DNA of 64,000 nucleotides from Eledone cirrhosa (lineage: Eukaryota). The translations under genes and the position numbers were made by a program. Within the stretch, counting starts at the first letter, position 1; each line of letters opens with the position of its first letter. The stretch covers positions 82,460,001-82,524,000 of the forward strand of contig OZ024743.1 of assembly GCA_964016885.1 (NCBI GenBank). The letters run 5' to 3'. Of the stretch, positions 55,341-64,000 are shown in pieces. Below the pieces are notes generated by a model. The model did no database searches. It was not told where the DNA came from and saw only the letters and a program-made list of their open reading frames with translations.

Positions 55341-55622
55341 ATCGCTGCCATGTCCTGCATCTCCAACAGACCAGTGTCTGTCCTGAGGGCATCAACATAC
55401 GTTAACCTTGGTCTTCCTCTTCTAGTGTGTCCATGTAGGGGCTCCCAAAGGAGTACTGAGTGCAATGTCAACTCTGGATGTCGGTGAGCATGTCCAGCTA
55501 ACTTCAGTTTCCTCTGTGTCACTTTTGAGCAGGACATGGCAGCGATAATGAGGGACAGAGCCCGCTGGAGAGAACTCGTCCATGGATCTCGGGAATTTTA
55601 CCCGCCTTAGATAGATAGATAG
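55338..55622. mobile_element. 5'-inverted RTE-clade LINE insertion
   Basis: Minus strand 55338-55528 encodes KVTQRKLKLAGH..WEP.HG..RGRPRLTYVD..QDMAAI; plus strand 55529-55609 continues QDMAAIMRDRARWRELV..* with an (ATAG)n tail; TSD ATATATTCAAT at 55329-39 and 55623-33. Confidence 0.88.
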
Positions 55623-55633
55623 ATATATTCAAT

Positions 55634-55790
55634 CACATATATTTTTATTTGTTTGACCCGAATTACTTGATCGTTTTTGGGGGGGCTGTGCGGATGATTG
55701 TTTAACCATCGTCTCAGTGTGTTTGGCCTTTAACGTTTGTTATAGCTCTGGTTCATCTGAATCATTGAGCACTTGCCACACATCTCGGAG
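55634..55790. mobile_element. Dispersed repeat, inverted homolog of 59876-60030
   Basis: GGCTGTGCGGATGAT..GTTTAACCATC.TCTCAGTGTGTTTGGCC matches the revcomp of 59936-59982. Confidence 0.8.
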
Positions 55791-56259
55791 GTTGTTTTTC
55801 GTATTTCCTGTGTGTGGAGTTACATGTTTGTGACTACTTATGTCCTGTAATATAGTGGTTCGATAATATAAGTACCCTATTTGAATACACCAGCATGGCC
55901 GCAGTTTAAATGACTGAAACCATTAAAGGAATATAAGAAGACATAGATCCATATATGACTTAAAACAACCAGAAACAATCGTCTTCATTATATTCTTTAG
56001 ACAACCATTCTCTTCCTTCTTACAACAATCCACTGACTCTTTATAGAAACTCAATCTATTTTCATCATCATCATCATCATCATCGTTATTATTTTATGAT
56101 ATCTTTCTACCCACCACCTATCTTCATGCTACTACATGTCTTTTTAATGTCCCCATCAGCTAATGCCCTTGTGGCAAATAAAAGAAATCATCCTGTAGTA
56201 TAACTTGTTGTGGTAGTTGTTGTTATTGTTGTTGTTGTTATTGTTGTAGCAGCAGTAGC

Positions 56260-56308
<49 letters not shown>

Positions 56309-56349
56309 TTTCAAGATAATTATAGAATTGTTAACGATTTATCATATCA

Positions 56350-56612
56350 ATGGCAGAGGTACGACAATTTACATTCTGAGTTCAAATCCCACAGAGGTTA
56401 GCTTTGCCTTTCATCCTTACAGGGTCGATAAAATAAAGTACCAGTAATGCACTGGGGTCGATTTCATAGACTTCCCCTCCCCCAAAATTACTGGCCTTGT
56501 GTCTAAACTAGAAACATTATAATTACCTTTCATCCTTACGGGGTCGATAAAATAAAGTACCAGTAATGCACTGGGTAATTGATGGCCTTGTGCCAAAAGT
56601 AGAAACAATTAT
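56350..56612 (+). mobile_element. SINE A long form plus a 5'-truncated short form in tandem
   Basis: Core CCTTTCATCCTTAC.GGGTCGATAAAATAAAGTACCAG twice; two GAAACA(A)TTA tails. Confidence 0.88.
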
Positions 56613-56964
56613 AATTACTTTGGTTTATTATCATAATATTAAAAACAACAACAATAATAACAAAATTAAAAGAATTAGTAAGTTTTGGTTGGCTTCTACT
56701 GCACTGATAGAAATTATTGTCAGAAATAATGTTTGTAGCTGTTAATGTTGTTGATCGTGATGTTGTTGTTAATGCTGGGTTAATGGTTGTGATGGTGATG
56801 ATGATGTCTGCTTGCTTTCCTTTCTTTCCATCAGTCCAATATTGAACTATATTTTGTCTGTTCATCAGTGTAAACATTAGGACATAGGCATTATCTTTGC
56901 CTTTCATACAGCTCAATGTCTTCCCCATGACAAAGCAGGCAACCTAACAAACCACATGCACTCG

Positions 56965-57012
<48 letters not shown>

Positions 57013-57874
57013 CGTGGTGTATGTGCACACACACACTCACACACACACACACACATAGATTAACTAACATGAACATACACATGAAATAAGAGAACGCCCC
57101 GATTTGATACAAGAAAGAAGAAGCAGCAATTAAAAAAATTGTAACGTAAAGCCAACAAAAATATATAAAATACACAATGAAATACAAGATTTGTGAAATG
57201 TATAAAATATATACTAAAAAATGGAACAGCAAAATTTATGAAATATATGAAATATATATATAAAACACATGATAAAGATGACAACAAAATTATGAAATGT
57301 ATAAAACACATAAAAACTACAAAAGTATAAAATACATTTAAAAAAACAACAAAAATTATGAAATGTGTACAATACATAATATAAAAGCAAGAAAAGTGAT
57401 AATTAAATGTGTATAATAAATAATAAAACCAACGACGACAGAAACATGAAATATATAAAATACAACTAAAACAAAAACAAATGCATGAAATATATACAAA
57501 AAGCAACAAAAGTATGAAATGTATAAAGTACATAAAAATATCAACAGCACTATAAATAATACATAACAATAATAACAAAATATGAAATATATAAAATACC
57601 TCAAAACAACAACAAACATGAAATATATAAAATACATAAAACAACAAAATATGAAATATATAAAACGATCAAAACAACAACAAAAGTATGAAAAATATAT
57701 AAAATACATTTTAATATATGAAATTTATGAGCAAAAATATAAATTAAATATCTGAAGGTAATTTTTAAAAATATATGAAATGAAAATATATTTATGATTG
57801 AAAAATAATATATACAGATCAGAATATATAAATAAAAGTAATATATAGAGATAACAATGATATATACATATCAG

Positions 57875-57916
<42 letters not shown>

Positions 57917-58116
57917 CTAACAATAATATATGCAGATCAATATACATATATAAATAATAGAAATATATAGAGAGAGATAAAAATATATACAGATCAAAAT
58001 ATGGAAATTAAAATATAATAATTTGTGTTTTTAATAGTGTGATCGTGGGGCGGGGGGGGGGGGGTTGTGATGTTGTTTTCTTTATTTGTTTAACCATAGT
58101 TCTAATGAAAGACTGC

Positions 58117-59030
58117 CTTTATTGTTTAACCCTTTCATTACCATATTTCAAATAAAAGACACTGTCTATGTCATTAGTCCTTTCTTTACCATATTTCTAA
58201 TGAAAGACACTGTCTATGTCATTAACCCTTTCATTACCATATTTCTAATGAAAGACACTACCTATGTCATTAACCCTTTCATTACCATATTTCTAATGAA
58301 AGACACTACCTATGTCATTAACCCTTTCATTACCATATTTCTAATGAAAGACACTGTCTATGCCATTAACCCTTTCATTACTATATTTCTAATGAAAGAC
58401 ACTGTCTATGTCATTAGTCCTTTCATTACCATATTTCTAATGAAAGGCACTGTCTATGTCATTAACCCTTTCCTTACCATATTTCTAATGAAAGACACTG
58501 TCTTTGTCATTAACTCTTTCCTTACCATATTTCTAATGAAAGACACTGTCTATGTCATTAACCCTTTCCTTACCATATTTCTAATGAAAGACACTGTCTA
58601 TGTCATTAACCCTTTCATTACCATATTTCTAATGAAAGACACTGTCTATGTCATTAACCCTTTCCTTACCATATTTCTAATGAAAGACACTGTCTATGTC
58701 ATTAACCCTTTCCTTACCATATTTCTAATGAAAGACACTGTCTATGTCATTAACCCTTTCCTTACCATATTTCTAATGAAAGACACTGTCTTTGTCATTA
58801 ACCCTTTCCTTACCATATTTCTAATGAAAGACACTGTCTATGTCATTAACCCTTTCCTTACCATATTTCTAATGAAATACACTTTCTATGTCATTAACCC
58901 TTTCCTTACCATATTTCTAATGAAAGACACTGTCTATGTCATTAACCCTTTCCTTACCATATTTCTAATGAAAGACACTGTCTATGTCATTAACCCTTTC
59001 CCTACCATATTTCTAATGAAAGTCACTATT
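58117..59030. repeat. 48-bp minisatellite x~19 (TAACCCTTTCCTTACCATATTTCTAATGAAAGACACTGTCTATGTCAT)
   Basis: Tandem units; each begins TTAACCCTTT, resembling a TTAA-target (piggyBac-type) MITE end. Confidence 0.95.
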
Positions 59031-59754
59031 ATTTTTGTTTAACCATTCGTTACCATATATATAAAAAAAACAACCAAAACACTGCCAATGGTATTCAAAT
59101 AATTTTGAAGGTAATCGAGAAGATGGGTATATTTAGTAGTATACTAGACCACCTGTAACCAGTTGGATAACGTTCACTTAAAAGTTTTTTTTTTTTAAAT
59201 CATGTTCACTTAAAGATAATTTTTAAATAATTAAAATATATACAGACATGTATATGAAATGAAATGTAAAATGAAATGTAAAATGAAATTTTCATTCTTC
59301 TCTCTCACAACCACTATCTCTTTCTCTCTCTATTTATGACGGTACCCGGAAAAAACCCGTATCTCGAGAGTCCGTGCTCCTATTTATGTAAAACTTGTTT
59401 TATTCCATTCGTATTCCCATTTCAGTGGCAACTTCCTTTCAAAGTGTTTTCTCATTATGCATCGTTTTGGCTGTATTAAATTACAGACAAGACACAATCA
59501 CAGAGTTTTAGTAGTATATAGATAAGTTTTTCATTACGGCGTTGGTGTTTCGAATGTAACAGAGATTCCTACATAAAATTATGTTTGAAGATTTTTTAGA
59601 TAAATATAAACATTTTAACCTTTTTGATACTATATTTCTCTGCAAACATCGCTTTCTCTTGTGCAAATAAGATTTATAGACACTTTTCTTTCTATCCAGC
59701 AAACAAACACACACACAGGCATGCGTGTGAATGTATGTGTGTGTGTGTATATAC

Positions 59755-59821
<67 letters not shown>

Positions 59822-60193
59822 TAAATATAAATTAGCGAGAATCGTTTTCAGCTCAGGAATTAACGAAAATCAACGTCCGATATGTGTGGCAAGCGCTCGA
59901 TGAATCATATGAATCAGAGCTACAACATACGTTAAGGGCCAAACACACTGAGATGATGGTTAAACATATCATCCGCACAGCCAAAACAAAACGACCAAGT
60001 AATTCGGGTCAAACAATAAAAATATATGTGTTGATACTTTCCCGGACCCTGGACTGATGGTAAAATCCAGTATTGGTTTCTGCGACTCCAAATCAGGTAC
60101 TGTCCGCCTACATAAAGAATGTTGGGCGTCTGGTGAGATGATGAACAAGGTAGTCGTGTTATCAACGGGTTTTGCTCCAAGATGCTATAGATA

Positions 60194-60247
<54 letters not shown>

Positions 60248-60251
<4 letters not shown>

Positions 60252-60345
60252 GTAATAATAATAAATTTGAAGACTAAAATCCAAAGAAGATCCCGTTAAG
60301 GGTGAAAGCACCGATTCTTTGCTTAAACTTTAATCTGTTATTTTA
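60248..60345 (-). mobile_element. Family F single arm plus tail
   Basis: Revcomp of the 16255-16292 tail joined to the arm sequence GATCCCGTTAAGGGTGAAAGCA.CGATTCTTTGCTTAAACTTTAAT. Confidence 0.8.
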
Positions 60346-60460
<115 letters not shown>

Positions 60461-60509
60461 TTATTCAGAATATTAATAAATGAAGACATTCACATAATCA
60501 AAATATATG

Positions 60510-60571
60510 TTTTATTATATATATTTCGAAGGTACTGTGCTGTTTTTTCAGTAAGTCCTCGTCAGATAAAA
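60510..60571 (-). ncRNA. Minimal type-I hammerhead ribozyme motif (minus strand)
   Basis: TTTTAT-CTGACGA-GGACTTACTG..CAGTACCTTC-GAAA-TATATA-TA-ATAAAA. Confidence 0.75.
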
Positions 60572-60676
60572 TACATGAATTGATGTATGACATACCTCAA
60601 CGGTCTTGATCGTTCAATTCCAGTATTGGCAATAGGGGAATTGAACCATCAAGACCGTCATACATCAATTCATGTA

Positions 60677-60738
60677 TTTTATCTGACGAGGACGTACTGA
60701 AAAAATACCACAGTACCTTCGAAATATATATAATAAAA
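60677..60738 (+). ncRNA. Minimal type-I hammerhead ribozyme motif (plus strand)
   Basis: TTTTAT-CTGACGA-GGACGTACTG..CAGTACCTTC-GAAA-TATATA-TA-ATAAAA; G10.1-C11.1 intact; palindromic stem III ATATATAT. Confidence 0.8.
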
Positions 60739-61006
60739 CATATATTTTGATTATGTGAATGTCTTCATTTATTAATATTCTGAATAATATTAATAACTCC
60801 AGAAAACTTCTTTGTAGAGTGCTTTTAATCTATTGTAAAACTGTATTCATTGACTAATCAATGAACCATATTAATCTTTGGTTATATATATATATATATA
60901 TATATCAACATATATATATAGCAACATACAAATGTGTGACCGATCCTAGATTATTTTACTTTTACCAAAATATATGTAAAAGTATATATATATATATATA
61001 TACGTG

Positions 61007-61038
<32 letters not shown>

Positions 61039-61137
61039 AATGTGTCCCATTAACTATTAACACACTTTCGGTCAACAAGTGCATTCTACATGCTTGTGAT
61101 AGTTAATTTACATTACATTGACGCCTAGTCAAATGTC

Positions 61138-61212
<75 letters not shown>

Positions 61213-61915
61213 CGTGTGTGCATTCATCCATGTATAATCAAATATGTGCTGTGTCTGTTATTGCAAGTCCCGCAAGTGTGTGAATTTATGTATATCTGTA
61301 TATATATATGTATGTATATGTGTGTGTATATGAGTTATTTCAACACACTCTACACAATACACTATATCCTAACTCCCATATTTTCTCATTGTTCGTACCC
61401 CCCCCCCCCCCCCCTATATATCTTTCTAACAAATTGTTTGAATATGTATATATTTTTTTTCTTTCTCTTATAATTACACACACATATATATATAATTATA
61501 TTCACTAGCAGAAAACCACCCTTCGGCTGGTTTTCTGCTAGCATGTGTAGTGTGTATATTGATATTATACGCAAGTATATATACATGTAGATATGATACA
61601 TCAAATGAACTCATAATTGACAATATACACAGAAATTGAACGAAGTCTATGTTACACTGTCTTATGTAATCAGTAAAGTAATCTATGATACATTAAAAGA
61701 AAAAGACGATATTATATATAAACTGCATTAGGAGAAAATTAGTGACGGAAATATATGAACGTTTATTTAAGCGATCCTTAACCGGAAGTGTTGACATTTG
61801 AACATTTTAAAGAAGTGAATTTTAAAATAAGCGACAAAAATTATTTATATTTAATCAAGAATAACGAAATTTAGTAGATAAATTATGTAATATTCATTCA
61901 TTATTTATTCAAAGT

Positions 61916-62094
61916 GGTGGATTGGCAGTAGAGAGTCGGACGCCATGCTTTCCAGCATAGTTACGTCCCTTTACGATCTGAGTTCAAATCCCGCCGAGGT
62001 TGACTTTGCCTTTCATCCTTACGGGGTCGATAAAATAAAGTACCAGTAATGCACTGGTAAATTGCTGGCCTTGTGCCTAAACTAGAAACAATTA
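61916..62094 (+). mobile_element. SINE family A
   Basis: Full motif set; 16-bp TSD ATTATTTATTCAAAGT at 61900-61915 and 62091-62106. Confidence 0.95.
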
Positions 62095-62177
62095 TTTATT
62101 CAAAGTAATCCAACTTATTTTACAATCGAGATAAAAAAAATATATTCTGGACGCATTCCCGCACTCCTTACTTTATT

Positions 62178-62215
<38 letters not shown>

Positions 62216-62297
62216 TATATATAATATATATAAACACACACACTCATATATATATGTATATGTATTTATATGTATATAACACACATACCCACACTCA

Positions 62298-63710
62298 ACC
62301 ACCACCACCACCACTACCACCACCACCACCACCATACCACCACCACCACCACCACCTCCACCACCATACCACCACCACCACCATTCCACTACCACCACAG
62401 CCCCCACCACGACCACCATTACCACCACCACCACCACCATACCACCAACACCACCACACCACGACCACCACCACCACCATACCACCACCACCATACCACC
62501 AACACCACCACACCACGACCACCACCACCACCACACCACCACCACCATACCACCACCACCACCACCACAACCATACCACTACCACCACCACCACCACCAC
62601 ATGTACAAACGAAATAAATAGGAAATAAGTTAAGATTAAAAGCTGAAAGTTGCTTTAAGAGGAAAGTAAAATCGTTGCGTCGTTACGAAACGATGGAAAG
62701 ACGGATTACGGAAAACGACGGAAACATGCGGATTACGGAAATCCCCGAACTTTACCGACTTTGCTAAAGCTAAAGTCGTTCGGAGATTTTCTGCGATTTT
62801 CAGCTCTAAACTCTTGACATTGGTGAAGGAGGTGGCGGGGGAGATGAGTAGCGGTGGGAGGAGATTGGATGGAGGTGGGAGGAAGGGTAAACAAAATGAG
62901 AGGAGATGGTGGTGGTGGGGGTGTTAACGGATGTCGGATGCAAAAAATAGCAAAGAAATAAACAATGGTGGTGTATCGGGTGTGTTGGGATGGCGGGGAG
63001 GTAAAGAGGTTTGAGTGTCGTTTGTTGCTATGGTGATTGTAGTGGTAGTGGTGCTGATAGTGGTGGTGGTGGTTTTGGTTGGGGTGGTAGTGTTGGTGGT
63101 GCTAGTGAGTTGTGTGGTGGTCGTGAGTGTAGTGGTGGTGGTGGTGCTGCTGGTGGTAGTGAGTGTAGTGGTGGTCGTGGTAGTGCCAGTGCTAGTGAGT
63201 ATAGTGTGAGTGGTGAGTGTAGTGTTGTTGGTGGTTGTGTTGGTGGTGCTAGTGAGTAGTGTGGTGGTGGTTGTATTGGTGGTAGTAGTGTTACTGTTAG
63301 TTGTAGTAGTTGTGTTGGTTGTGGTAGTTGTGGTGGTGGTAGTGTTAGTGGTAGTTGTGGTAGTTTTAGTGGTGGTAGTGTTAGTGGTAGTTGTGGTAGT
63401 TGTGGTGGTGGTAGTGTTAGTTGTAGTTGTAGTAGTTGTGGTGGTGGTAGTGTTAGTGGAAGTTGTGGTAGTTGTGGTGGTGGTAGTGTTAGTGGAAGTT
63501 GTGGTAGTTGTGGTGGTGGTAAGTGTTAGGGGTAGTTGTGGTAGTTGTGGTGGTGGTAGTGTTAGGGGTAGTTGTGGTAGTTGTGGTGGTGGTAGTGTTA
63601 GTGGTAGTTGTGGTAGTTGTGGCGGTGGTAGTGTTAGGGGTAGTTGTGGTGGTGGTAGTGTTAGTGGTAGTTGTGGTAGTTGTGGTGGTGGTAGTGTTAG
63701 TGGTAGTGCT
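62298..63710. repeat. (CAC)n-like tract 62298-62600 and (GTG/GTA)n-like tract 63030-63710 flanking a CpG-rich spacer
   Basis: Visible trinucleotide low complexity. Confidence 0.9.
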
Positions 63711-64000
63711 AACAATTTATATGTTTTACTATTTAATCAGGGCTGGAATGCCGTGCCCCACAGATTGGTGGGGAGGGGCAGATGTCCTTAAACCAAGTCT
63801 GAAGCAGCAATGGACACCACTGGAGATACCCAAGGGCCTGTGGGGGTGGGGTAAATTGAGGGAAGGAGTAAGGTAACCACCCAAAGAGGCGACAGACGAA
63901 TTTGAACTCAGAACACAAAATATCGGATCTCTACCAATCACACTAATTGTGATTGATTTTATCGATCTCCTTGCGTGAAACTACTAAGTTACTGGACACA

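Noticed and set aside
58086-59042. 318-aa hydrophobic repeat protein
   Set aside because: 48-bp tandem unit stop-free by chance; no splice or start context; resembles a transposon end
60040-60085. CTGATGGT..TTTC as a hammerhead
   Set aside because: Core and GAAA lie on opposite strands; topology does not fit
62924-63791. Mucin- or extensin-like ORFs
   Set aside because: GTG/GTA trinucleotide low complexity, open in multiple frames

Overview
Eukaryotic, AT-rich, mostly non-coding DNA. The SINE families and microsatellite load look like an octopod cephalopod genome (inference from recognised repeat motifs). It contains one 200-N scaffold gap. Almost all long ORFs in the track are translations of microsatellites or minisatellites. 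The real content is as follows. (i) At least 11 copies of a tRNA-headed SINE with a Nin/Deu-type core, five with clear target-site duplications that all begin ATTAT, plus several older tRNA-CORE SINEs. (ii) Decayed non-LTR retrotransposon ends: RTE x3 (one 5'-inverted), CRE, R4/Dong-like and Vingi-like x2. (iii) Two multi-kb satellites and many minisatellites, two apparently amplified from MITE termini. (iv) One convincing host coding exon (poly-Ala, 47950-48255, +) and a few promoter or exon candidates. (v) The most notable signal: several families of short non-coding fold-back elements sitting inside (TA)n tracts. They share a subterminal ACTCTRC..GTATYGAGTRCT motif and often carry minimal type-I hammerhead ribozymes. 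One 333-bp palindrome (60458-60790) has a hammerhead on each strand. This is best read as a Penelope-like pLTR/retrozyme-type ribozyme system targeting (TA)n.
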